Positions 18,192 to 28,609 of a stretch of 64,000 nt of DNA are shown here, piece after piece; the first letter of the stretch is position 1, and each line of letters begins with the position of its first letter. The DNA comes from an uncultured virus (IMG/VR IMGVR_UViG_3300020050_002145). Its lineage: Duplodnaviria > Heunggongvirae > Uroviricota > Caudoviricetes. A program made the translations under genes and the position numbers. Where the stretch lies: the IMG/VR virus record IMGVR_UViG_3300020050_002145; one strand, 5' to 3'. Below the pieces are notes generated by a model. That model worked only from the letters and a program-made list of their open reading frames with translations, searched no databases and was not told the origin of the DNA.

Positions 18192-18479
18192 ATGTTTACA
18201 GCCCCTGTACAACCAGAAGTTGGTAACGTATTTGTAGCTACAACAAATAATCGTGGGTTTACGCCTGAAGAGTTACTTGATCGTGCTATGAATAAGATTA
18301 TTTATGTAGGTGAGAACTCTCATCCTACGATCAGAGCACAAGCTGAAGCGTTTAAACGTAATGTTGCTGACATCGTGTTGTTTTACATGAAAGAAGCTGT
18401 GTACCAAGATAGGGTGACTATTGCTAATGTACTTACACAAGCAGGGCATCCAGAATTAACTAAACTTTTGGAGAACTAA
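18192..18479 (+). CDS. tail-module hypothetical protein
   Basis: V.TTNNRG.TPEE...IRAQA.AF. Confidence 0.7.
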   Translation: MFTAPVQPEVGNVFVATTNNRGFTPEELLDRAMNKIIYVGENSHPTIRAQAEAFKRNVADIVLFYMKEAVYQDRVTIANVLTQAGHPELTKLLEN

Positions 18480-18480
18480 A

Positions 18481-18918
18481 ATGGCTTTTTCCGGCAACTA
18501 CATGTGCACTTCCTTTAAACAGGAATTAATGCAAGCTGTACATAACTTTACTACAAGTACAGGCAATACTTTTAAACTAGCTTTGTATAACAACAGTGCT
18601 TCTTTTACTGCGGCTACTACTGCCTATACAACTAGTAATGAAGTATCAGCTTCCGGTACTTATGCTGCAGGTGGTGGTTCGTTAACTAATGTAACTCCTA
18701 CTACTTCTGGCACAACAGCGTTTACTGATTTTGCTGATTTGTCTTTTACTACAGCAACTATTACTGCATTTGGCGCAATGATCTACAACTCGTCAGCAGC
18801 AGGTAATCCTTCTGTTGTAATTCTTGACTTTGGCGGCGCAAAAACCTCCACAGCAGGTACGTTTACGATTGTTTTCCCAACAGCAGACGCATCTAACGCA
18901 ATCATCCGTATTGCCTAA
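18481..18918 (+). CDS. tail/fibre-associated structural protein
   Basis: SFK.EL...H.F...FKLALY...Y.AGG..L...GAMIYN...LDFG. Confidence 0.75.
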   Translation: MAFSGNYMCTSFKQELMQAVHNFTTSTGNTFKLALYNNSASFTAATTAYTTSNEVSASGTYAAGGGSLTNVTPTTSGTTAFTDFADLSFTTATITAFGAMIYNSSAAGNPSVVILDFGGAKTSTAGTFTIVFPTADASNAIIRIA

Positions 18919-18927
18919 GGTGTTTAA

Positions 18928-20145
18928 TTGGCTGACACTACCGTAGTATTTGAAGGTTGGGATGCCTCAGGAGTTGCTTGGGGCGATCAAGGCTGGGGTG
19001 AAGGTCATACTAGTTTAACTGGCACTGGAGAAATCGGTAACTCGGGTGTACAGGAAGATGCAATTGTAGCTTTTGAAGGTTGGAACGCTTCTGGAGTTGC
19101 TTGGGGCGATCAAGGTTGGGGCGAGGGGCATACTAATTTAACTGCTACAGGTCAAGTTGGTGTTGCAGTTATACAAGAAAATATTGTTGTAAATGTTACA
19201 GGTGTATCTGCTGCAGGTGCGGTTGGTACAGTAACCGTAGAAGTTATAACCGAAGCTAATGTTACAGGTGTATCTGCTGCAGGTGCAGTTGGAAGTGTAA
19301 CCGTAGAAGTTGTAACTGAAGCTAATGTTATAGGCGTAGCTGCCGTAGGTGCAGTTGGAAATGCGGTTGTTGTAGGTGCTGCAAATACGGGTGTTACAGG
19401 CGTAGCCGCTACAGGACAAGTTGGCACTGTAACAGTACAAGAAGGTACGGGGGTAAGTGTTACAGGCGTAGCTGCTACAGGACAAGTTGGTAGCGTAACA
19501 GTACAAGAAGGTACAGGTGTAAGTGTTACAGGGGTATCTGCTACAGGCAGTGTTGATGCAGTAACTACAACAGGTAATGCAAACTTAACTTTAACAGGTG
19601 TATCTGCTACAGGACAAGTTGGTGTTGCAGTAGTACAGGAAAATGTAAGTATAAATGTAACAGGTGTATCTGCTACTGGTCAAGTTGGAAGTGCGACTGT
19701 AGCGGCTAATGCAAACATATACGTTACATTAGATTATGCGATAGGCGAAGTTGGTATCGTAACGACACAAGCAGGTACGAACGCAAATGTAACAGGCGTG
19801 TCTGCTACAGGCGATGTTGGCAGTGTTACTACAGATACTGAACAGAATGTAGTCTTAACAGGTGTATCTGCTACGGGTCAGGTTGGAAGTGCGGCGGTAG
19901 GATCGTCCACAAATGTTAATATAACTGGGTTAGTAGCATACGGATTAGTAGGAAATGTATTAGTTTGGGGGAACATATACCCAAGTCAAAACCCTGATTG
20001 GCAGAATATAAATGATGGACAAACCCCGAATTGGGTAGCAGTAAACGATGGCAACACAGTAACTTGGGCACCAGTAAATGATGCACAAAACCCAAATTGG
20101 GTAACAGTAAACGATGGCAACACAGTAACTTGGGTTCAAATTTAA
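18928..20145 (+). CDS. repetitive virion protein (VTGVSATGQVGSVTV ~20-aa repeats)
   Basis: More than 10 tandem imperfect repeats; duplicated WG-rich N-terminal and PNW C-terminal motifs. Confidence 0.8.
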   Translation: MADTTVVFEGWDASGVAWGDQGWGEGHTSLTGTGEIGNSGVQEDAIVAFEGWNASGVAWGDQGWGEGHTNLTATGQVGVAVIQENIVVNVTGVSAAGAVGTVTVEVITEANVTGVSAAGAVGSVTVEVVTEANVIGVAAVGAVGNAVVVGAANTGVTGVAATGQVGTVTVQEGTGVSVTGVAATGQVGSVTVQEGTGVSVTGVSATGSVDAVTTTGNANLTLTGVSATGQVGVAVVQENVSINVTGVSATGQVGSATVAANANIYVTLDYAIGEVGIVTTQAGTNANVTGVSATGDVGSVTTDTEQNVVLTGVSATGQVGSAAVGSSTNVNITGLVAYGLVGNVLVWGNIYPSQNPDWQNINDGQTPNWVAVNDGNTVTWAPVNDAQNPNWVTVNDGNTVTWVQI

Positions 20146-20154
20146 GGAATTACC

Positions 20155-21798
20155 ATGCCAAGCTCATATACAAGTTCATTACGGTTGACGCTACAAGTAA
20201 CCGGAGAAAATAGCGGCACATGGGGGAATATAGTAAACAACGGTGTTACTTCCCTTGTTGATGCTTCTATTGCAGGTACAGCTACAGTTACACATACTGA
20301 CGCAGCAAACTATACATTAAGCACTGCAAATGGAGCGACAGACGAAGCTCGCCAAATGTTCCTAAACATTACTGGCACACTAACTGCAGCACGTAACGTA
20401 GTATGCCCTACAGCGTCTAAACTTTATTTTTTAAGAAACAACACAACTGGTGGGTTTGCCGTAACGCTTAAAACAAGTGCAGGTACTGGCATCAGTGTTC
20501 CAAACGGTAAGTATGCGGCGTTGTATTGCGACGGTACAAACGTAGTAAATGCGTTTGACTTCAACTCAACTTTAATTGCAAACACAGCTACAAATCTTGC
20601 AGGTGGTGCAACAGGTTCAATACCATACCAATCTGCGGCGAGTACAACGGCTATGTTGGCAGCCGGTACAAACGGACAAGTTCTAACTTTGGCGGGTGGC
20701 GTACCTACTTGGGCAGCAAGCACAGGCGGTGTTACGTCGTTTAGCGCAGGTACTACAGGACTTACTCCAAGCACAGGCACTACAGGTGCAATTACTTTAG
20801 CCGGTACATTAGATGTAGATAATGGTGGTACGGGTCAGACAACATATACAGATGGTCAGTTATTGATAGGTAATACAACTGGCGGTAACACACTTACCAA
20901 ATCGACGTTAACTGCAGGTACCGGCATATCTATTACTAATGGCGCAGGTTCAATCACTATCGCTACTTCTGGCGGTGGCGGTACAGTTACATCCGTTACA
21001 GGTACTGCTCCTGTTGCATCATCTGGCGGTTCTACACCGGCTATTAGTTTAAACGCTGCTTATGGCGACACATTAAACCCTTACGCTAGTAAGACTGCAA
21101 ATTTTGTTTTAGCTGCTCCTGATGGAACGGCAGGTGTGCCTACATTTAGAGCAATAGTTGCCGCTGATGTTCCTACATTAAATCAAAATACATCTGGTAC
21201 TGCAGCAGGGCTATCCACAACATTAGCTGTTGGTTCTGGCGGTACTGGAGTTACAACAACCCCTGCAAATGGTGCTGTACTTATTGGTAATGGTTCGGGG
21301 TACACCAGCAGCACATTAACTGCAGGTAGTGGCGTAACTATCACTAACGCATCAGGCTCTATTACTATTGCAGCTTCCGGTGGTGGCGGTGGCGTAACAT
21401 CATTCCAAACGTCATTGAGTGGTTTAACTCCGGCTACAGCTTCAACCGGCGTAGTTACTTTAGCAGGTACATTAGGCCCAACAAGTGGTGGTACAGGACT
21501 TAGTACATACGCTACAGGCGATATTATTTATGCTTCTGCTTCTAATACTTTAAATAGGTTAACTGCGGGCAGTAATGGACAAGTTCTAACCCTTGCTTCA
21601 GGAGTTCCTTCGTGGGCAGCTAGTACAGGTGGTGCATCAGGTGGTGGTTCAGATAAAATATTTTTTGTTAATGAGCAAACAGTTACAACTAGTTATAGCA
21701 TACCGGCAAGTAATAATGCTATGTCTACAGGCCCTATAACGGTTGCTAACGGTGCGGTTGTTACAGTCCCTAGTGGTTCACGTTGGGTTGTTCTTTAA
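20155..21798 (+). CDS. tail fibre protein
   Basis: GENSGTWG N-terminal anchor; Gly/Thr-rich GGTG repeats; C-terminal NAMSTGPITV..G.VVTVPSGSRWVVL. Confidence 0.85.
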   Translation: MPSSYTSSLRLTLQVTGENSGTWGNIVNNGVTSLVDASIAGTATVTHTDAANYTLSTANGATDEARQMFLNITGTLTAARNVVCPTASKLYFLRNNTTGGFAVTLKTSAGTGISVPNGKYAALYCDGTNVVNAFDFNSTLIANTATNLAGGATGSIPYQSAASTTAMLAAGTNGQVLTLAGGVPTWAASTGGVTSFSAGTTGLTPSTGTTGAITLAGTLDVDNGGTGQTTYTDGQLLIGNTTGGNTLTKSTLTAGTGISITNGAGSITIATSGGGGTVTSVTGTAPVASSGGSTPAISLNAAYGDTLNPYASKTANFVLAAPDGTAGVPTFRAIVAADVPTLNQNTSGTAAGLSTTLAVGSGGTGVTTTPANGAVLIGNGSGYTSSTLTAGSGVTITNASGSITIAASGGGGGVTSFQTSLSGLTPATASTGVVTLAGTLGPTSGGTGLSTYATGDIIYASASNTLNRLTAGSNGQVLTLASGVPSWAASTGGASGGGSDKIFFVNEQTVTTSYSIPASNNAMSTGPITVANGAVVTVPSGSRWVVL

Positions 21799-21807
21799 GG
21801 ATATATT

Positions 21808-22707
21808 ATGGCAAGTATACTTTCAGCAGGTAATGCTACAAACAGCGGGGTTAACTTAACAGGTGCTGTTGATGGTGCATTAGAAATTAAAACCGGATCA
21901 GGTGCAGGTACTACTGCGGTAACTGTTAGTACTGGTCAAGTTGTAACTCTTGCTAATGCTCTTCCTATTGCTTCCGGTGGCACAGGACAAACAACTTATA
22001 CAGATGGTCAGCTACTAATAGGTAACTCAACAGGCAACACGCTAACTAAAACAACATTAACTGCAGGTAGTGGTGTAACTATTACTAACGGCGCAGGGGC
22101 TATTACAATTGCTGCTTCTGGCGGCGGTAGTGGCTTCTCTAATATACAGGTGTTTACTTCTAACGGCACATTCACTGTTCCGACTGGTATTACTAAAGTC
22201 AAAGTTACTGTAGTAGGTGGTGGCGCTGGCGGTGCTTTTGGAGCCAACGTCCCGACTTGTCCATTTTCACCTATTGGTGGAACGGGTGGTGGTGCAGGAG
22301 GCGCAGCTATAGAAATAATTTCTGGTCTAACCCCCGGAGGTACTGTTGCAGTTACGGTCGGTGCTGCAGGGGGGCTAGGCAACATTTGTACTGGTACAGG
22401 TCAAACAGCCGGTGGAACTTCATCTTTTGGTGCCTATTGTTCTGCTACTGGAGGTGCAACAAGTACTGTTGGCGGACTAGGTTCTGGCGGCGATTTAAAT
22501 ATTCGAGGTGGGCCGGGTGGTCAAAATGGTGCTTATCCCGGTAACGCTACTCTAACTTCTTACGGGGGTGTTGGTGGCTCTAGCATACTAGGAGGAGGCG
22601 GTGCCATGGCTAGTACAGGTGGTGCTTATGGTGGAGGCGGTGGTGGCGGAGGGCCTAATACAAGCGGTGGGGCTGGAGCCGCAGGTGTAGTTATTGTTGA
22701 ATATTGA
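21808..22707 (+). CDS. tail fibre protein with glycine-rich domain
   Basis: FTSNGTFTVPTG...VVGGGAGG...GAAGVVIVEY. Confidence 0.8.
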   Translation: MASILSAGNATNSGVNLTGAVDGALEIKTGSGAGTTAVTVSTGQVVTLANALPIASGGTGQTTYTDGQLLIGNSTGNTLTKTTLTAGSGVTITNGAGAITIAASGGGSGFSNIQVFTSNGTFTVPTGITKVKVTVVGGGAGGAFGANVPTCPFSPIGGTGGGAGGAAIEIISGLTPGGTVAVTVGAAGGLGNICTGTGQTAGGTSSFGAYCSATGGATSTVGGLGSGGDLNIRGGPGGQNGAYPGNATLTSYGGVGGSSILGGGGAMASTGGAYGGGGGGGGPNTSGGAGAAGVVIVEY

Positions 22708-22718
22708 TGAGGTAAAAA

Positions 22719-22952
22719 ATGAAAAATGCTTTGATTTCCCCTAATGAGCCTGTGTTGGCAGGGTATAGAGTTGCTGAAGTTTCTGACACTACATTTGAAG
22801 TCGCACCTCCTTTGTTTTGGGTCGAGTGCGCTGATGATGTTGTTGCAGATCAGTTTTACTACGATACAGAAACACAGACAATAGTAATAAAGCCCAATGC
22901 AATTGTAGACGTTCAAAACGTAATTGGTGACGCTCCGAATGTCATTGCTTAA
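22719..22952 (+). CDS. putative tail fibre assembly chaperone
   Basis: Follows the fibre gene; ALISPNE...FEVAPPLFWVEC.D. Confidence 0.6.
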   Translation: MKNALISPNEPVLAGYRVAEVSDTTFEVAPPLFWVECADDVVADQFYYDTETQTIVIKPNAIVDVQNVIGDAPNVIA

Positions 22953-23205
22953 TACGTCATTAGCGGCAGGTAAGTTATCTGGAACGATATTTACCTTTGA
23001 ACAAGTTGGTGATGTACTGCCTATGCACACGCACCAAGAAGGTGATGCTCATATAACTATAGTTGCTAGAGGTAGAGTAAAGGCACACGGTAACGGTTGG
23101 TCAGCAGAGTATGGAGCAGGATCAGTAATAGATTTTCCATCAGATCAAAGCCATGAGTTTATTGCTTTGGAAGATAACAGCAGGATCGTAAATATTATTA
23201 AGTAA
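22939..23205 (+). CDS. cupin-fold protein
   Basis: GDVLPMHTH...HITIVARG...HEFIALED. Confidence 0.8.
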   Translation: MSLLNTSLAAGKLSGTIFTFEQVGDVLPMHTHQEGDAHITIVARGRVKAHGNGWSAEYGAGSVIDFPSDQSHEFIALEDNSRIVNIIK

Positions 23206-23215
23206 GGGTACAAGT

Positions 23216-23872
23216 ATGTCTATATCTTTAAACGCAAATAATGACGGCAGCGGGTCAGTACAAACGGCTAATGTTGATGCTATTCAAATTAGCGCAGCAC
23301 AGGCTGTAACGATACCCCAAAGTTTAACCGTAACCGGCGCACAGACAATCGGCGGGAATTTAATTGTAACTGGAACTGTATCTGCTTCTGGTGGAATTGT
23401 GTATCCATTAGTGGCAGGTACTGCTGTTGCATCTACATCAGGTACGTCTATCGACTTTACTAGCATACCGTCTTGGGTCAGACGCATTACTTTGATGCTA
23501 AATGGTGTTAGTCAAGGCACTGGTTCTACGGGCTTTTTGCTTATACAGATAGGAGCAGGTTCAATTGAGACATCTGGATACTCAGGTACTGGTACTCGAT
23601 TATCTGGTGGCGTTTCAAATTCCGTAGCATACACAAATGGATTAGGAACTAACTTAGGCACTCTTGCTGCTTTTTATAGTGGTCACGTTATTTTTACAAA
23701 CGTAAGCGGAAACATTTGGGTTGGTAGCTTAGTTCTTGGCGGCAGTGATACATCTACATCTTTGGCAGGTACAACAAAAACACTTTCTGGCACATTAGAT
23801 CGGATTCGTCTTACCACAACCACTGGCACAGACACATTTGACGCTGGCTCCATAAACATTTTATACGAGTAA
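23216..23872 (+). CDS. tail fibre/spike protein
   Basis: STSGTSIDFT.IPSWV.RIT...LDRIRLTT..GTDTFDAGSINI.YE. Confidence 0.75.
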   Translation: MSISLNANNDGSGSVQTANVDAIQISAAQAVTIPQSLTVTGAQTIGGNLIVTGTVSASGGIVYPLVAGTAVASTSGTSIDFTSIPSWVRRITLMLNGVSQGTGSTGFLLIQIGAGSIETSGYSGTGTRLSGGVSNSVAYTNGLGTNLGTLAAFYSGHVIFTNVSGNIWVGSLVLGGSDTSTSLAGTTKTLSGTLDRIRLTTTTGTDTFDAGSINILYE

Positions 23873-23875
23873 ATC

Positions 23876-24025
23876 ATGACACATAGAATAATCGTTAACG
23901 TACAAACTGGTGAAGTTACTCAAGTCGAGTACACCGAGGAAGAGCAAGCGGCGCATGACGCTGCCATAGCACAGCAAGTTGCTGATGATGCACAACAAGT
24001 AACACCATTACCTGCAGAGGAATAA
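23876..24025 (+). CDS. small fibre chaperone-like protein (49 aa, not in ORF track)
   Basis: MTHRIIVNVQTGEVTQVEYTEEEQAA...; fills the gap between fibre genes. Confidence 0.7.
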   Translation: MTHRIIVNVQTGEVTQVEYTEEEQAAHDAAIAQQVADDAQQVTPLPAEE

Positions 24026-24028
24026 ATT

Positions 24029-24793
24029 ATGCCAACAACTATTGACGGTACATCTGGGGTAACTTTCCCTGCTGGTGGTTTAGGTAATACTGCGGGTGCA
24101 GTTGTCGGTACTACTGATACTCAGACACTAACAAACAAAACTATTGTTTTAGCCGCAGGTACTACTACGGTTGTGCCTTTAGATTTTACTAATGGAACTC
24201 TCGTTACTACTCCTATTGCAGGTGCATTTGAGTATGACGGTAAGTTACCTTACTTTACTCCGCAGTCTACTCAGCGTGGGATCATGCCCGCAGGTCAGTA
24301 CTTTAGACTAAATAGTGCTTTTGCAGGGGCTAACGCAACCGGCGCACAACCTGTGTTTAACGTAGGTGTGACTTTAAGCGCAAATACTGTATATGCGTTC
24401 GAAGCATTTTATATATTAATTAAAGGTACTGGTGCAACATCGCACACAATTGGCTATGGTTTTGGCGGTACAGCTACAGTAAATAATGCATCATGGGGTG
24501 GGGTTACATCACTTAACGCATCTTCAGCGGCACCAATTAACACAAACGTATTTGCTGGTTTTGCCCAAGCATTGTCCAATACAGTTTTTACGACAGGGTT
24601 AACTTTTGCCACAGTATGGACTTCAATTAAGATTCAAGGCACTGTTTCTGTTAATGCAGGTGGTACGTTTATTCCGCAATACACTTTATCTGCTGCTCCG
24701 GGCGGTGCTTACTCAACTCAGATAGGTTCGTATATAAACATTTATCCTATCGGTGCAAGTGGTGCAAATATTAGCGTAGGTACATGGGCTTAA
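24029..24793 (+). CDS. tail fibre/spike protein
   Basis: MPTTIDGTSG.T, TDTQTLTNKT, GAFEYDG, VGTWA. Confidence 0.75.
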   Translation: MPTTIDGTSGVTFPAGGLGNTAGAVVGTTDTQTLTNKTIVLAAGTTTVVPLDFTNGTLVTTPIAGAFEYDGKLPYFTPQSTQRGIMPAGQYFRLNSAFAGANATGAQPVFNVGVTLSANTVYAFEAFYILIKGTGATSHTIGYGFGGTATVNNASWGGVTSLNASSAAPINTNVFAGFAQALSNTVFTTGLTFATVWTSIKIQGTVSVNAGGTFIPQYTLSAAPGGAYSTQIGSYINIYPIGASGANISVGTWA

Positions 24794-24802
24794 GGATGAA
24801 TT

Positions 24803-24961
24803 ATGGATACATTCGATCTTTTAGTAAAAGGCTGGCCTATCATACTGGCACTAGTCACGCTAATTATTGTGCTATCCAAACTTGATTTACGTGTTGCTGT
24901 ACTAGAAGAAAAAGTTAAGACGTTATTTGAACTACTGAATAAGAAGGCGGATAAAAAATGA
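24803..24961 (+). CDS. small single-TM plus coiled-coil protein (52 aa, not in ORF track)
   Basis: MDTFDLLVKGWPIILALVTLIIVLSKLDLRVAVLEEKVKTLFEL...; AAGGA RBS; lysis module. Confidence 0.7.
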   Translation: MDTFDLLVKGWPIILALVTLIIVLSKLDLRVAVLEEKVKTLFELLNKKADKK

Positions 24962-25473
24962 TACCAATTGTTGGCGCATTGTTAGGTACGTTAGCTGAAA
25001 GTGGTTTAACCCTTCTGTCAAGTGCTATCCAAGCTAAAGGTAAAGAAGTTGTCGAAAAGGTGTTAGACGTAAAAATACCGGACAATCCAACACCTGCCGA
25101 TGTAGAGAAGCTACGTCAACTTCAGTATGAGCATGAAGAGAGGTTGCTAGAACTTGGTGTTGAGAAAGCCAAATTAGAGCAAGAAGAGTTAAAAGCTTTG
25201 CTTGCAGCACAAGCTAACCAAGAGAATAATGTATCTGATCGTTGGAAATCCGATATGGCATCGGATAGCTGGCTGTCTAAAAATATTCGTCCTGCCACGT
25301 TAATCTATATTCTGAGTGCATATTTGCTGTTTGCTGCTTTAAGTGCGGCAGGTATTAGCGTACAGGAATCATACGTTGCTCTGTTAGGTCAGTGGGGTAT
25401 GCTAGTCATGACTGCGTACTTTGGCGGTCGTACAGTAGAAAAGATTATGGAGATTCGAAAGGATAGCAAATGA
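24958..25473 (+). CDS. holin (GTA 3TM-holin-like)
   Basis: RW..DM.SDSWLSKNIRP, two TM helices, AYFGGRT.EK. Confidence 0.8.
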   Translation: MIPIVGALLGTLAESGLTLLSSAIQAKGKEVVEKVLDVKIPDNPTPADVEKLRQLQYEHEERLLELGVEKAKLEQEELKALLAAQANQENNVSDRWKSDMASDSWLSKNIRPATLIYILSAYLLFAALSAAGISVQESYVALLGQWGMLVMTAYFGGRTVEKIMEIRKDSK

Positions 25474-25808
25474 GCCTATCTCAAGAACAAGCTGCATTTC
25501 TGTTAGATGTTTGTAAACTGATCCAATACGCTACTGATCGTGGGTTTATGGTGACAGGTGGTGAGTTAGCCCGTACCCCAGAACAGCAAGCAATTTATGT
25601 GAAAACTGGACGGTCTAAGACCATGAACTCCATACATTTAAAGCGATGTGCTATTGATTTAAACTTCTTTATTGATGGTAAGATTGTTTGGGATAAAGAT
25701 ACTATCGCCCCTCTTGGTGCGTACTGGGAGTCGTTATACCCAAAAAATAGATGGGGTGGCAACTTTAAATCTTTAGTTGATTGCCCTCACTTTGAAAGAA
25801 ACGTGTAA
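25470..25808 (+). CDS. endolysin, peptidase M15 family
   Basis: RT.EQQ, SIHLKRCAIDL, RWGG.F, DCPHFE zinc motifs. Confidence 0.9.
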   Translation: MSLSQEQAAFLLDVCKLIQYATDRGFMVTGGELARTPEQQAIYVKTGRSKTMNSIHLKRCAIDLNFFIDGKIVWDKDTIAPLGAYWESLYPKNRWGGNFKSLVDCPHFERNV

Positions 25809-25826
25809 TCCTAGCCGTGACTTACC

Positions 25827-27965
25827 ATGACCTTAAAAAAACTAGTACTTAAAGCTGGCGTAAATCGTGAAAACACACGGTATTACAATGAAAATGGTTG
25901 GTACGTCAGCCAATGGGTACGGTTTCGTCAAGGCACTCCTGAGAAAATTGGGGGTTATGAAAGACTATCGGATAATACGTTTGTAGGTATATGTAGATCA
26001 TTAGGTAACTGGGTGACTCTTGGCGGGGTTAACCTACTTGGTGTAGGTACTAATGCAAAGTTCTATGTAGAATCTGGCGGTGCGTATTTTGATATTACGC
26101 CATACCGCACTTTCTTTACTTCCGGCACTCTTTCTAACCCGTTTTCTACTACCAATGCGTCTGTTGCGGTAAGCGTATCAAGTACTGCACATGGTTTACG
26201 AGCCGGTGACGTAGTGTTTTTTACTGGTGCGACTGCAGTTGGTGGAGTGCCAGCGGCTGAGTTAAATACCCGTCATACAGTTACAAGCATAACAAATGCT
26301 AATACTTATGTAATCACGGTAACAACTGCTGCAACTTCTACAGTAAGTTCTGCGGGCGGCACTGTAGCATACCGATACTACGCTTATTATCAGACATTAA
26401 CTAATCCATTTAGTACAACTAATGGCAGTACAACTGTTGTTGTAGACGCTACGGCGCACGGAGCTATATTAGGAGACACGGTATATTTTTCTAACGCTAG
26501 TGCAGTTGGCGGTCTTACTATAGACGGTGCGTATGTAATTACTCAAATTATCAATGTAAATAGCTATCAAATTACAGCGGCTTCAGCCGCAACTTCTACA
26601 GCAGGTCCCGGCGGCGGCACTGTGTACGCCCAATACGAATTAAATTCAGGTACAGAAATTCAAGCTCCATCTTCAGGTTGGGGTGCATATACTTGGGGTG
26701 CAGGTACATGGGGTATAGGCTTAATAGCTAATGTGCAACTTGGGTTATGGAGTCAATCTAACTTTGGTGAAGACTTAGTTTATGCTCCTCATGTAGGACC
26801 TCTATGTTATTGGTCATATCAACTTAACGGGTTTACAGGTAAAGGCGTAGAAGTTGCAACGCTTACAGGGGCTAATGATGTACCTGCTCTTGTAGGAGGC
26901 GTTCTTGTATCTGACGTATCCCGTTTTGTTATAGCTTTTGGAGCTAGTGAAGTACTCACAGGTGTGTACGACCCCATGTTAATTCGTTGGTCGGATCAAG
27001 AAACTGTAGTTAACTGGGCGGCTTCTGCTACCACTCAAGCAGGTAGCGCAAGGCTTTCTCACGGTTCCGAGATAGTATCTAAAATACAGACTCGACAAGA
27101 AATATTAGTATGGACTGATTCTGCGTTGTATTCATTACAGTATGTAGGACCTCCTGCTGTCTGGGCACCACAGTTACTAGCTAGTAACATTTCAATAATT
27201 GGGCCGAATGCTGCGGCTATGGCAGCGGGTGTTGCGTACTGGATGGGTAACGGTAAGTTCTATTCTTACAACGGTACTGTGACTACACTTAAATGCGATC
27301 TACGTAAGTTCATATTCCAAGATTTTAACTTTAGTCAAGCCTTGCAAGTAGTGTCTGGAAGTAACGAAGAGTTTAATGAAGTTTGGTGGTTCTATCCATC
27401 TACTGACAGTTTAGTTCCTGATAAGTACGTTATATATAATTATTTAGAGGGTGTGTGGTCATACGGTACGTTAACTCGTTACGCTTGGTTAGATAAATCT
27501 ACCCGTGATTACCCTATGGCGTCAACCGAAGATAGAATCGTATACCATGACATTGGCGTAGACGACAACACTACATCCACAACTCTACCTATAGAGTCGT
27601 TCATAGAGTCTACCGAGTTTGACATAGATGACGGTGACCATTTTGGATTCGTGCGTAGGATGCTTCCTGACCTTACTTTCACTGGGTCTACTGCGGCTAA
27701 CCCTTCCGTGATTATGACTTTGTATCCTATGGATAACTCAGGTAGTGGGTTTGGGGACTCGATAGGTGGATTAGATTCTGCTACGGTAACGAGAAGTGTA
27801 GCTGTGCCGGTCGAACAATTTACGGGTCAAGTTTATATACGTGTACGTGGTAGGCAAATGGTGATGCGTATAGCATCTACTGATATTGGAGTGGAATGGC
27901 AGTTAGGCGCACCACGTATTGATATACGTCAAGATGGTCGTCGTGGCGGTAGTTTTGATGGCTAA
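25827..27965 (+). CDS. tail hub/stabilisation protein (P22 gp10-like) with duplicated inserted domain
   Basis: VRFRQG.PEKIGG, IRWSDQE, EVWWFYP, R.RGRQ; two NPFSTTN...T.HG...GD.V.F repeats. Confidence 0.75.
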   Translation: MTLKKLVLKAGVNRENTRYYNENGWYVSQWVRFRQGTPEKIGGYERLSDNTFVGICRSLGNWVTLGGVNLLGVGTNAKFYVESGGAYFDITPYRTFFTSGTLSNPFSTTNASVAVSVSSTAHGLRAGDVVFFTGATAVGGVPAAELNTRHTVTSITNANTYVITVTTAATSTVSSAGGTVAYRYYAYYQTLTNPFSTTNGSTTVVVDATAHGAILGDTVYFSNASAVGGLTIDGAYVITQIINVNSYQITAASAATSTAGPGGGTVYAQYELNSGTEIQAPSSGWGAYTWGAGTWGIGLIANVQLGLWSQSNFGEDLVYAPHVGPLCYWSYQLNGFTGKGVEVATLTGANDVPALVGGVLVSDVSRFVIAFGASEVLTGVYDPMLIRWSDQETVVNWAASATTQAGSARLSHGSEIVSKIQTRQEILVWTDSALYSLQYVGPPAVWAPQLLASNISIIGPNAAAMAAGVAYWMGNGKFYSYNGTVTTLKCDLRKFIFQDFNFSQALQVVSGSNEEFNEVWWFYPSTDSLVPDKYVIYNYLEGVWSYGTLTRYAWLDKSTRDYPMASTEDRIVYHDIGVDDNTTSTTLPIESFIESTEFDIDDGDHFGFVRRMLPDLTFTGSTAANPSVIMTLYPMDNSGSGFGDSIGGLDSATVTRSVAVPVEQFTGQVYIRVRGRQMVMRIASTDIGVEWQLGAPRIDIRQDGRRGGSFDG

Positions 27966-28602
27966 CTTATTAACCCCTGTTGCGCCACCTAATTTACCTT
28001 TAGCACCGGGAGAGTATTCTGCTGCGGCTACCAACACGTTTAGTAATGTATTACGTCTGTATTTTAATAGGCTGTCTAATAATTTAAATTTATTTACTGG
28101 CGGTACTGGCGGACAATATATAAGTAATGTGTATGGGGCGTTTCAAGATAGCACTACCCAGACAGCCGTTAGCACAACGGTAGCGTACCCAATTACTTTT
28201 AATACAACTGACTACTCTAATGGAGTTACGGTTGTAAGTAGTAGCCGCTTAACAGTGGAGTATGATGGGCTGTATAATCTGCAGTTCTCTGCACAGCTTG
28301 AAAACACCACAAACGCTCCAGTTGATATAGATATATGGGTGCGTAAGAATGGTACAGACGTAACTGCGTCTAATAGTCGGTTTGGTTTACCTGCTCGTAA
28401 AAACCCCGGTGACCCTTTCCATGTAGTTGGGGCGTTAAATTATTTTGTAGAGCTGCAAGCGTTAGATTACGTAGAACTTGTTTGGTGTACAACAGATGTG
28501 GGTGCAGATATTAAAGCCTACACAGCCGGAACTTCACCAACTAGACCATCAATCCCTAGCATTATTGCCACAATGTCTTTTGTAAGCGCATTAACAACTT
28601 GA
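27958..28602 (+). CDS. tail protein with C1q/TNF-like C-terminal domain
   Basis: PNLPLAP..Y...LRLYFN; YGAFQD.TTQ...G.YN.QFS.QL...W.RKNG. Confidence 0.7.
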   Translation: MANLLTPVAPPNLPLAPGEYSAAATNTFSNVLRLYFNRLSNNLNLFTGGTGGQYISNVYGAFQDSTTQTAVSTTVAYPITFNTTDYSNGVTVVSSSRLTVEYDGLYNLQFSAQLENTTNAPVDIDIWVRKNGTDVTASNSRFGLPARKNPGDPFHVVGALNYFVELQALDYVELVWCTTDVGADIKAYTAGTSPTRPSIPSIIATMSFVSALTT

Positions 28603-28609
28603 GGTTTAC

